Origin: Azolla caroliniana
Lineage: Eukaryota > Plantae > Polypodiophyta
Reading direction: 5' to 3'
DNA length: 64,000 nucleotides
Assembly: GCA_043228905.1 (NCBI GenBank)
Contig: JBHGNT010000009.1
Coordinates: 14,012,001 to 14,076,000, forward strand
A program made the position numbers and the translations under genes. How positions within the stretch are numbered: the stretch's first letter is position 1; each line of letters starts with the position of its first letter. Below are positions 51,001 through 61,774 of the stretch, piece after piece. Under the pieces are notes generated by a model. That model had not been told where the DNA came from. It worked only from the letters and a program-made list of their open reading frames with translations, and made no database searches.

Positions 51001-52773
51001 GAGGAGTACTTTTAGTACTAACTGTTACTTGGGCTGCGAACACATTGCTAACTTGCTTAGAGGGAATGGAACCACTAATGGGCTGCGCAGATCTAGGGTT
51101 GTCCAACCAAACGGCTCCTATTTTGGCTGGACTTAGTCGTTTAACTCTTCTTCTAACTGACTAAGGACATCAAATTTGTTCGCTAGATTTGGGTTATTAG
51201 TACTATTAGGACTATCAGATATCCCTACTGAAATAGACTCGGGTTTAGTACAATCAGAACTAGCAACTATTTGGTTTACCTGCCTTCTTGGCCTATGGGG
51301 ACAGTTTACCGCGATATGCCCTGGTCCACCGCAATAAAGACATAGTCAATTTGCTCGAAGTCGTTGCTTTTCTTCTTTTGATTGCGGTCCACGACGACGT
51401 GTGGTGTCAATTTCCATCAGAGTTGGAGTACTTGCTGGAGGCGCATTATATGACTCCCTCGGAAAAGGTAGGCTCTGATCTTGCCCTCGGAATCTGGAAT
51501 TGTCATTCCGAATGTCGTTCGAAGAGGCGGTTGTCGCATCTCACCGCGCGACTAATTGCTTCTGTTAATGACTTTGGCTCTTCGAGGAAGGTCAAGAGTA
51601 AATCCTTGACATCGTTGCGTAAGCCATAACGGAATTGCTCCATCAATGCGTGATCATCCCAAGGGATATCGGCAGCGAGTAGGCGGAAATCTGCAGCGTA
51701 TGCGGAAGCTGGACGATCACCTTGGCGTAATCGCCGGATTTTGTTGATTGCAGTCCTTATGCCGTCAGTATCTCTAAAACAGGCCTTAAACTCACTTATA
51801 AATTCTTCAAAACTGTTTAATAATGGAGAATCCTTTTCCAACAATGGAGCAAACCATGCTAACGCTGAGCCACTAAGGAGAGTGCCTACTAGTCCCACTC
51901 GTGATGCATTGGTGGGATATCGAGAAGGATGCATTTGTATCACTAAACGTAACTGATTCAAAAACCCTCTAAACTGTGATCGGGTCCCATCAAATTTTGC
52001 AGGAAGATCGATCTTGGGTTCTTTGTGAATCCCTTGAGTGCTTGATCCTTGTTGTTGTAATGATATGATAGTCGCTTTGAGTTGTTGTACACGTAGTGTC
52101 AGCTCCCCGTGTTGTTGTTGTTTTTCCAGCACTATTTGTTGAAGATCCCCCAACAAGCAATGATTTTCTTGTTCTAGTGTTACAAATTTCTCTTTTAAGC
52201 ACTGGAGCTCCAAGAAAACAGATTGGTATTCCTGAGCGCTAACAGTTTCCATTTTACTAGGGAGGATAAGAGGATTAATAAGAAGATAAAAGGGAAAGGA
52301 GGAAAGGAAGATCGATCAAAATCGGTTCAAACTGTCAGGACTAGTACTAAGACAGAGAAGGAATTAATACTAAAAGAAGTATTAGTACTAAGAGAGGTGA
52401 AGAACTCTCGAGAGAAGGAAAGAGGGAGTGAGAGGGAGTGAGAGGGAGAGAGAGAGAGATCGAGAGAGAGAGAGAGATGATAAGAAAAGATATATATTAT
52501 GTGAAGAGAATGTACAGTAGTAGCTAGGAGGCTTAAGACTGGCGTTGAACCGATTTGGTTCGAAATAATGCCTCGTGCCTCCTTTTATAGTGTTCTAAGG
52601 AATACTCCTGAAGTTTCTAGAATGTTCCAGAGAAATCTGGAATATACATCAATTTTCTATAATAAAACATAAATGAAAATAATATTCTACGTATTACAAT
52701 GTATAGTCTAATGGTCAAGAGCTCGACCCATGTAGCATAAGGTCATGGGTTCGAGTCTTGCCATGTCACGACA
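48035..52773 (-). mobile_element. Tcn1/Tf1-like chromovirus (Ty3/gypsy) with the integrase core deleted
   Basis: 5' LTR 52333-52773 (TGTC...GACA); partial 3' LTR about 48035-48358; PPT 48359-48370; gag 51503-52252 and CCHC knuckle; PR LLDSRANSCF; RT with YLDD; RNase H; HD..GHFG then a jump to GPF and the chromodomain EYEVAAILD...YLVDWLGY...TWEP. Confidence 0.92.
52609..52628. promoter_or_regulatory. Heat-shock element (4 alternating nGAAn units) upstream of the LTR TATA box
   Basis: tGAAg tTTCt aGAAt gTTCc; same motif at 48194-48213; TATAAAA on the minus strand at 52583-52589. Confidence 0.65.
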
Positions 52774-53031
52774 CCGAATGTTCATTCTTGATTCACACGA
52801 GATGCAATTGACAATGTTGGGCATGAAAGCCGACTCCGACATAGAGTTATGGCACAAGTGAATCGGCCACATCAATCTCAACAAACTTAAAGCAATGAAA
52901 TCTAAAGGAGTTGTCATCGGACTTCCGACATTCAAAGGGAAGGAGATTGAAGGTTTATGCGAAGCATGCCAATTCGGCAAGCAACACCGACACCTGATCT
53001 CGATAGAGCGGAATGTGAGCAAAGACCCAGT

Positions 53032-53116
53032 TGTTGGGGACAAAGTCGTCTATGCGGAAGATCAAGAAGCATTCGATCCTTGCTGAGTACCTGCGTATGA
53101 CAGAATGTAGGTCGTT

Positions 53117-53161
<45 letters not shown>

Positions 53162-56100
53162 AAAGACTCTTTATTTCACAAAGCAATAATACAACACCCA
53201 ACCTCACAAAAAGGTTACAAGGTCACTATATATAGTGACCGACTTAGGGCAACTACCCTTTATGCTAATTACATAAATGGCCAAAACGGGATAGTGTGAA
53301 TACGTCCATTATACACATGTATTCGACACTCCCCCGTAATGGGCGTATACATGGGTTATCTAAGATTACAGGTATAGACTTAGGTTCTCGGACATATCAG
53401 CTTTGTTCGGGTCGGCAGGGTCCGAAGGCAGAAGACCGAACTGGTCGGTTCGGAACAGTTGAAGCCGATCATTAAGGAACTGATGTCGGTTGTCGGGAAC
53501 CATCCTGCTCTGTGTCCGGCTCTAACCGGACTGGTTTGTCGTTACGCCCATCTGATGCCGAAGAGACCGAAAACGGTCTGCCGAAAGACACTTGGTCATT
53601 CCATCTGCGACATTGTCGGTTGTGGATATTTTCTCTAGACCGATTTTCCCTGAAATGACGCAGTCCCGAACGAAGTGATATCGAACGTCGATATGTTTGG
53701 AGGCGTTGTGGTGAACCGGATTTTTCGACAAGGCAACAGCACCTTGACTGTCGCTGTAGACAACTGGAGCCGAGTCATGGTCGACTTGTCGAAACGTGTG
53801 CGCCAGCCGACCGAGCCACAAAGCTTCTTTTGCTGCGTCGGACGTAGCTACATATTCTGCTTCGGTCGTTGAGGTCGCTGTGCACTCCTGAAGTTTCGAC
53901 TTCCACGAGATTGCTCCATTGCCGAATTTGAAGCAGTATCCGGTTGTTGATTTCCGACTGTCTATACAGCCGGCGAAGTCCGAGTCGGTGTAGCCGACTA
54001 CGCCTGAGGTTCGGTTCGGACCGAAAAGAATGCCATGGTCTTTTGTGCCAGCCAGATATCTGAACACATGCTTGACTGCGTTCCAATGCGATCGGCCAGG
54101 ATTGTGCATAAATCTGCTAACGACTCCTACGGCGTGAGAAATATCAGGCCGTGTCGCGACCATCAGGTACATAAGGGAGCCGACTGCCGGTGCATACGGT
54201 ACCGACTTCATATCTTCCCCCTCCGGGCCGGATGTCGGGCAGTCTCGCTGAGAGAGCCGAAGATTCATGGGGAGCGGGGTTGAAGCAGATTTGGCTGATT
54301 GCATGTTGAAGCGTTCCAAGACACGTCCGATATAGTCGGCCTGAGACAAAAAAAGATGTCGGTTATCGCGATGCCGACTAATCTTCATGCCAAGGATGTG
54401 TCGTGCCGGACCGAGGTCCTTCATGGCAAACTTCAACCGCAGTTGCCGAATGAGATCGGCAAGTTCGCCCACGTGGCGTCCAGAAATTAGCATGTCGTCC
54501 ACGTAAATGATGAGGAAGATGGGTGATCCATCTTGAGCTGGTTTGGTGAAGAGACAATGGTCCTCATCGCTTTTTGAGAAGCCGATCGATTGGATGAAGT
54601 CGTCGAACTTCTTGTACCATTGTCGCGGTGCCTGTTTGAGGCCGTATAGACTCTTCCTGAGTCGGCAGACTAGATGTTCTTGGCCAGTCGCCACGAAGCC
54701 TTTTGGCTGCTCCATATAAATTTCCTCTTCAAGATCACCATGGAGGAAGGCTGTTTTGACATCTAGCTGAATCAGCTCCAGGTTGTCGGCTGCCACTACG
54801 CCGAGTAGAAAACGAAGGGTTGTCATTTTCACCACTGGTGAGAAAATCTCGTCGAAGTCGATGCCATATTCTTGTCGGAAGCCCTTCGCAACTAATCTGG
54901 CCTTGTACTTTGGGGTAGTCGAATCAGACGTCTCTTTTAGTCGATAAACCCACTTGCAAGGAAGAGCACGTCGGTTCCTGGGTAATTCGACCAGATCCCA
55001 AGTCTTGTTTGCCCGAATGGAGTGCATTTCCGACTCCATCGCCAGATGCCAGGTGGCTGAATCGACAGATGTCGATGCTGCTTCGTAAGACGTCGGTTCG
55101 CCGGCGTCGGTGAAGAAAATTCCAGGAGAATACCTCTCCGGAGGTTGCGACAGTCTCTCGGATCGTCGAGGTATGATTGGACTGGTCGCATCGGGTATCG
55201 AGGTCGGATGGTCCGAAACCGAATCATTCGGCTGTGCCGAGTCAGAGTTGTCCGAGTCGGTAGTGTAAGGTTCAGCTACCCGTGAAGCTGACCGTGTGTT
55301 GAGAGCGGGGCCTTCTTGAAGGGTCGGCACATCGGAAAATGTTACCCTTCGGACTTCGATCGGTTTTTCGACTGATGGAGTCATAGCCGACTCGTTGAAC
55401 ACAACGTCCGAACTTCGGACGATTTGTCTGCGTTCGGGATCCCAGAGTCGGTATCCCATTTCGCCGTCGGATCCATATCCGAGGAAAATGCATTTCCTGG
55501 ACCGAGGTGCAAGTTTTCGGCGATCATCTTTCGGAATAAGGGCGTACGCCTCGCATCCGAAGATCCTCAGCTTGTCGTAATTCGGCTTACTGCCGATCCA
55601 TAGTTCCTGAGGAATTTGAAGTCCTAGAGGTCTACTTGGCGACATATTGATTATGTGTACTGCCGTGAGTAGAGCCTCTGCCCAGAAGCCATCCGACAGT
55701 CCGGAGTGTTGGAGCATGGAAACTATCCTTTCTTGGATTGTCCGATTCATTCGTTCGGCAATCCCGTTTTGCTCCGGACTGTGTGGTGCCGTAAATTCAC
55801 GTCGGATGCCGCGTTGTCGGCAGAATTTGACGAATTCATCGGATTTGAACTCTCCCCCATTGTCTGTCCGAAGGCATTTCAGCTTTCGGTCGGTTTGATT
55901 TTCTACCATAGCGAGCCAATCGGTGAAGATCGAGAAGACACGATCTTTGGTGCGAATTGGATAAGCCCACACCTTTCGAGTCGAATCGTCAATAAAACTG
56001 ACGAAGTAAGAGGCACCGCCTAGAGACTGATGCGGCATTGGGCCACAGACGTCCGAATGGACTAAATCGAGAGGTCTCGTTTCTCTTGGTGCTGATGTCG

Positions 56101-58288
56101 GGTGTGATGCGGCTACTTGTTTGCCATACTGGCAATGCTCGCAGAATTGATGGTCCGAGAAGGAGAGTTTGGGGATGTATCCGGCGCTAGATAGGTGCGT
56201 GATGCCGGCCTTGCTGAGGTGTCCTAATCTTCGGTGCCATAATGATGACACAGGAATATCCACCAAAAACAGGTTACCCTCTCTGAGCGTAACATGTAAC
56301 GGATACAGTGAGTGTATCTTGGGTCCTCTAGCAAGCAGGAGGTTCCCCCTGTGGAGTGTCCACTCTCCCGAAGAAAAACCGGCACGAATGCCGTCTTCAT
56401 CTAGTTGTCCGACTGAGATCAATGGCCTTGTGAGCTCGGGTACATGTCGGACATTGTGGAGTACAAGTGTAGAGCCCCCTGCAAGGTTGAGCTCTACTGT
56501 GCCGATTCCGACGATGTCACAGTGTTGTGAGTTGCCGACTCGAACTGAGTCGGAGTGACGGATCGTATATTGCCGAAATTGGGATCGATGAGGAGTCACG
56601 TGAAATGACGCGCCCGAATCCAAGAGCCATGTGCTCGATTCTTCAGTCGTGAGTAGAACTTCTGATCCGACTGGATTTTCTATTGATAGTATATTCGGGT
56701 CGTCCGGTAGTACATCAGCTGAGAAGCTGACGTAATTGATCTCCTCATGCCGGCCACTCTTCTTGTTGTTCTTGTTCTTGAGTGCGCGGCAGTCGGCTTT
56801 GATGTGTCCGGGTTTCTTGCAATAGTTGCAGATTCGGTTATCCCGTGACTGGCTCCGTCTTCGCTGATTGTTCGGCGGCCGTGAGGAATCTCTTCCTCGT
56901 ATGTTCGATCGGTCTGTCGAACCTTGTACTACGTAAGCGTCGTCTGTTGAGTCTTTGGCGAAAGACTTTCTCCGAGCTGCTTCAGTCAGGATTGCGCTTG
57001 TGACTTCGGAGTATTTAACAGCCGTGGTTGACGCGTTGCACACGGTTGTGACGAAAGTTTCCCATGATGAGGGAAGGCTGCTCATGAGTATCATTGCTCT
57101 GAGTTCATCCTCGATTGCCGTCCCCTGTGACGAGATTTGGGAGCTTATGCTTTCGTACTCATTGAGGTGTGCTTGGACCGAATCGGATTCTTTCATCCGC
57201 AAGTTGTAGAGGCGCCGGATCAGAAACATCTTCGTTGCGGCGACCTTCTTTTCGTAAGTGTCCGACAGTGTTTTCCACAGTTCGAATGCTGTCGTACACG
57301 ATTGCACCGTAAAGTATACCGATTCCGATAGGTGCATCCGAATCGTGGCGCGGACAATTCTGTCCAGCTTCTGCCACTCAATTGGTTTGTATCCTTCTGG
57401 AGGTTCTTCATTTTCGATGGGATCGATTTGCCCCTTGACTATGAGATAGTCCTGCATTTGCTCCTTCCAGAAGTTGAAGTTCGATCCATCGAACTTTCGT
57501 AGACTCATTTCTGACGAGCCGGATGTTGATGCCATCAAATTCGGTTTCGGTTGACGAAGCTCGGTTCGGAGTTGACTACGAACCTTGTTGGGGTGCAGCC
57601 GGTTGGCTCACCCGATATCGTTCTAGTCGGATTTGAACCCGAGTCGGTTCGGCTTCGGAACTTGCTCGAATTGACTTTGGTAGCTTGAGGGACAGAACCG
57701 ACTGGTCTTCCCGAATGTTGCCGAATACCGATTATTGAAACCGATTATCTGGACCGATTCTGCTTCGGGTGGCTGCAGCGACGAGAGAGACAGATCCAAC
57801 TGATCCTCTCGAATGTCGATCAGCCGGATGAAGCGCGAATTGGGGTTGTTGTCTTGAGACCGATCTGCACCGAGTGGTTACAACGAGCAGCGAGCAGCGT
57901 TTAATGACCTTTTCGGATGCCGTTTAACCGAATGGAGCACGATCGTGTCAATGATGCACAAGGGGATTTCACCTCGAGCGGTTACGATCACAAGGAACAG
58001 AGTACAACCTGATGGCTTACTCCAAGCAAGAGGATCTAACGCGATGAGGTGCAAACCTCGTTTTTGTTCTTCTTCTCTCTTTCTTCGAATGACGCGAATA
58101 CTGTGCAGGCCGTGATGAAGTGAAGAACCGAATGCTGTGCAGGCGGTGACGACGGCCGACAGCGGATTGAAGGACCGAATGCTGTGCAAGCTCTGATACC
58201 AGATGTTGGGGACAAAGTCGTCTATGCGGAAGATCAAGAAGCATTCGATCCTTGCTGAGTACCTGCGTATGACAGAATGTAGGTCGTT

Positions 58289-58326
<38 letters not shown>

Positions 58327-58494
58327 AAAAGACTCTTTATTTCACAAAGCAATAATACAACACCCAACCTCACAAAAAGGTTACAAGGTCACTATATATA
58401 GTGACCGACTTAGGGCAACTACCCTTTATGCTAATTACATAAATGGCCAAAACGGGATAGTGTGAATACGTCCATTATACACATGTATTCGACA
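53032..58494 (-). mobile_element. Intact, very young Ty1/copia element (Tork/Tnt1-like)
   Basis: LTRs 58204-58494 and 53032-53328 are identical by eye except in the (AG)n tract; TSD CCAGT; PBS gctctgatacca 58190-58201; PPT 53329-53335. Confidence 0.98.
53522..57535 (-). CDS. Copia Gag-Pol polyprotein, 1337 aa from the first ATG
   Basis: Uninterrupted ORF with CNYCKKPGHIKADC, WLLDSGAS, HSDVCGP/FIDD/RTDNGGEF/GIAERMN, LDVKTAFL/YVDDML and GYTDSD/EAEY/SDSQ. Confidence 0.97.
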   Translation of the reverse strand: MASTSGSSEMSLRKFDGSNFNFWKEQMQDYLIVKGQIDPIENEEPPEGYKPIEWQKLDRIVRATIRMHLSESVYFTVQSCTTAFELWKTLSDTYEKKVAATKMFLIRRLYNLRMKESDSVQAHLNEYESISSQISSQGTAIEDELRAMILMSSLPSSWETFVTTVCNASTTAVKYSEVTSAILTEAARRKSFAKDSTDDAYVVQGSTDRSNIRGRDSSRPPNNQRRRSQSRDNRICNYCKKPGHIKADCRALKNKNNKKSGRHEEINYVSFSADVLPDDPNILSIENPVGSEVLLTTEESSTWLLDSGASFHVTPHRSQFRQYTIRHSDSVRVGNSQHCDIVGIGTVELNLAGGSTLVLHNVRHVPELTRPLISVGQLDEDGIRAGFSSGEWTLHRGNLLLARGPKIHSLYPLHVTLREGNLFLVDIPVSSLWHRRLGHLSKAGITHLSSAGYIPKLSFSDHQFCEHCQYGKQVAASHPTSAPRETRPLDLVHSDVCGPMPHQSLGGASYFVSFIDDSTRKVWAYPIRTKDRVFSIFTDWLAMVENQTDRKLKCLRTDNGGEFKSDEFVKFCRQRGIRREFTAPHSPEQNGIAERMNRTIQERIVSMLQHSGLSDGFWAEALLTAVHIINMSPSRPLGLQIPQELWIGSKPNYDKLRIFGCEAYALIPKDDRRKLAPRSRKCIFLGYGSDGEMGYRLWDPERRQIVRSSDVVFNESAMTPSVEKPIEVRRVTFSDVPTLQEGPALNTRSASRVAEPYTTDSDNSDSAQPNDSVSDHPTSIPDATSPIIPRRSERLSQPPERYSPGIFFTDAGEPTSYEAASTSVDSATWHLAMESEMHSIRANKTWDLVELPRNRRALPCKWVYRLKETSDSTTPKYKARLVAKGFRQEYGIDFDEIFSPVVKMTTLRFLLGVVAADNLELIQLDVKTAFLHGDLEEEIYMEQPKGFVATGQEHLVCRLRKSLYGLKQAPRQWYKKFDDFIQSIGFSKSDEDHCLFTKPAQDGSPIFLIIYVDDMLISGRHVGELADLIRQLRLKFAMKDLGPARHILGMKISRHRDNRHLFLSQADYIGRVLERFNMQSAKSASTPLPMNLRLSQRDCPTSGPEGEDMKSVPYAPAVGSLMYLMVATRPDISHAVGVVSRFMHNPGRSHWNAVKHVFRYLAGTKDHGILFGPNRTSGVVGYTDSDFAGCIDSRKSTTGYCFKFGNGAISWKSKLQECTATSTTEAEYVATSDAAKEALWLGRLAHTFRQVDHDSAPVVYSDSQGAVALSKNPVHHNASKHIDVRYHFVRDCVISGKIGLEKISTTDNVADGMTKCLSADRFRSLRHQMGVTTNQSG

Positions 58495-61400
58495 CCAGTC
58501 CCGATAGAGCGGAACTTGAGCAAAGGTCTACTCGACGTAGTCCATTCCGACGTATGGGGACTGGCGCAGACGGCTACATTCGGCGGATGTCGATATTACG
58601 TGCTCTTCATCGACCACTTCTCTAGGCACAGTTGGATCTACCCGATGCGGAAAAAGAGCGAAGTGTTCAGACACTTCCAAAAATTCAAGAATGAAGTCGA
58701 GAAAGCCACGGGCCGACATATACGATGCCTTCGATCGGATGGCGGCAAGGAGTACTTCTCGGACGATTTCACAACGTATCTCTGAAAGGAAGGAATTCGG
58801 CGAGAATTCACTTGCCGACACACTCCGCAACAAAACGGAGTAGCCGAGCGCAAAAATCGGCACATCCTCGAAGTAGCGCGGGCCATGATGAACGAGAAGC
58901 ATATGCCCAAGTCTTATTGGGCCGAAGCTGCAAATACGGCCGTCTACCTAATGAACCGGTGCACAACATCTGGCGTGCACGAGGTCACTCCGCATGAAAA
59001 ATACTTCGGAAAGAAGTTGGACTTATCGCACACCCGGATATTCAACGCAATAGCGTATGTGCACATCCCCGATGAGAAGCGTCAAAAGCTTGACCCGAAG
59101 TCGGAGAAATGTATCCTCGTAGGATATTCTTTGGAGCAAAAGGGGTACAAGTGCTGAAACCCCTCAACTCGAAAATCTCGCGTAAGTCGAGACGTCGTTT
59201 TCGACGAGTTCGCATCCTGGAACGCACCAGAGACAACTCCGACTCCGACTCCACTCGACCTGGAATCCGCCGAACAAGAGATAGAGGATGGTGATAGTCT
59301 TACGCGCATGTTCGAAGAAAGTCCGATCACGACCTGACTGAGCGGACCACAAGAGCCTTTGAGCGATCAAAGCAGATCACGGCCTAGCCCGAAGATGGAC
59401 AAAGGCAAGGCGAAAATGGCGGAATATGAAGACGATTGCTTCGACGACGATGAGTAGACTCACTCACTCGACAGTGAGTTCGGAGACTTCGATGTACCAA
59501 TTGGAGCTAAGAGATCCCTCATCTCTCCAAATGAAAAGCTTCGTCGCTCCACCCGTGAAAAGAATCCAGTCAGCTGATTCGGCTACAACGACTACATGGC
59601 ATATCACTATGCCTTTATGATGGTGGCGACAGTACGCGAGCCGGAAACATTCTCCGAAGAAGCCAAGGATCCGCGATGGATTGAAGCCATGAATGAGGAG
59701 ATGCAGGCACTACGCAAGAACGAAACGTGGGATCTCATTCCCACCTCACCACACAAAAAGGCGATCGGATGCAGATGGATTTACAAAGTGAAGTACAACG
59801 CCGACGGTTCCGTCAACCGCTACAAACCTCGACTTGTAGCGAAAGGCTACGCACAAACGCACGGAGTTGACTATGAAGAGACCTTTGCCCCGGTGGGAAA
59901 GATGACGATGGTACGGACCATAATTGCGCTTGCCATGGTGAAAGGGTGGCACCTCCATCAAATGGACGTCAAGAACGCCTTTCTACAAGGCGAATTGGAA
60001 GAGGAGGTGTACATGATACAACCACCCGGCTTCAACTCGAGAACCCATCCGAAAGCTATATGCCGACTCAAGAAGCCACTCTACGGCCTCAAGCAAGCAC
60101 CGCGTGCTTGGCATTCGAAGATAACGCAATATCTTCATCAAATCGGCTTCCGTATGTCAAAATCGGACAACTCCCTCTACAAATGAAGCGATTCTGCAAG
60201 TCTGATCGTCATCATCTTATATGTGGATGACCTAGTCATTGGAGGTCAATAAGGTCAAATCCCTCCTTTCCGACAAGTTCGAGATGACAGACATGAAGGA
60301 GCTCCACTACTTCCTCGGCATAGAGGTAATTCGGACTCCGGCCGGAATCATGATCTCTCAATGGCACTACATCCTCAATTTGTTATACAAGTTCAGGATG
60401 GCTGACTGCAAATCCGTGGCAACCCCGCTCGATCGCAATCTCAAACTAGATGCGAACTCCGGCATCAAAGCGTGTGAGCCGACCCAGTATCGACAACTCA
60501 TTGGGAGTCTTATCTACCTCACGATCACTCGACCCGATTTCAATTATCCGATTAGTCTCCTTAGTCAATTCATGCAAACACTGCGTGATACTCACTTGGA
60601 TTGCGCTAAGTGAGTTCTACAATACGTGAGCAACACAATGGATTGCGGCATCCTATACAAGACTGCAATGCCAATACGACTCGAGGGGTACACAGACGCC
60701 GATTGGGCCAGCTACAAAGCCAATAGAAGATCAACCTCCGAATTTGTTTTTTTCCCTCGGTGGTGGAGCAATATCCTGGAGCAGCAAAAAGCAACCAACC
60801 GTTGCTCTTTCGAGCACAGAGGCGGAATATAGGAGCGCGGTAGTGGCCGCATGTGAAGCCGTATGGCTCAAAAGGATACTTAAGGATTTGTGCGTACCCA
60901 TCAAGGATCCGACTTCCCTTTACTGAGACAACATGAGGAGTATCTATCTGGCTTGGAACGCGGTGTTCCACGCGCGGACAAAGCACATCGAAGTGCACTA
61001 TCACTTCATTCGAGAGCGCGTTCTAGCTGGCGATGTCGACCTACAACACATTAGCACCAATCTTCAAACGACTAACATCTTCACTAAAGCCTTAGGAACC
61101 GACAAGCTATGGCAATTCATGACCAATCTCGGATTGACGATCCTTGACCTGCCAAGCTTGAGGGGGAGTACTGAAGCAACTACGCAATAAAGCATGGATT
61201 CCGCAACCGCGCAACGAAGCCGTGAAGAAAGATGCAAGCCGAAGCACAGACTTCGCAACTACGCACAACGCAAGCTGGAGCACGGATTCCGCAACTCCGC
61301 ATACATGCGAGCCGACGTGAGTCGACGTGGACTCCGGAATGCCAGTCGAAGCGGATTTCAGATACCGTCTGAAACCGACCTGACTTGAGCTTGACGGGGT

Positions 61401-61774
61401 GTGTTGAGGATCAAGCTCAACTTGTTCTAGTGTGTGAACTCACCTTGAGAGTGAATAGACACTCCAACGGTCAAGAGTCACCATTATGTCACCTCTTTGT
61501 ATTCTAGCATTTAGTATGAGTCATAGAATCATATTCTATGACACATAACTTATGAGCTTTCACATTCCCCATGCTCCATGAGTCTTGTAGTTAATGAAGA
61601 GAGAGGGTGACTATATAAAGCACCCTCCTCCCACCTTGTATGACGTTAATATAATCTATTTTGCGTATACTCTATGTCTTACTCCTCTCTCTCACTCTCT
61701 CTCTCTCTCTCTCTCTCATACACACACAGTTCACACCTATTCCGCTACACAAGAATCATACCCGATTCTTTACA

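Larger units (their letters stand above)
52774..61774 (+). mobile_element. Decayed copia element (INT-RT-RH plus 3' LTR), host of the intact copia
   Basis: CEACQFGKQHR before 53032 continues as LDVVHSDVWG after 58499; RT/RH to about 61190; 3' LTR 61402-61774 (TGTTGA...TTACA). Confidence 0.88.

Noticed and set aside
53675-57449. Many + strand ORFs inside the intact copia
   Set aside because: Antisense shadow ORFs of a GC-rich polyprotein gene.
52995-58525. Apparent long TSD (cgatagagcggaa..tgagcaaag on both sides of the intact copia)
   Set aside because: The copies are diverged and not flush with the LTRs. This is an older short tandem duplication in the host; the true TSD is CCAGT.
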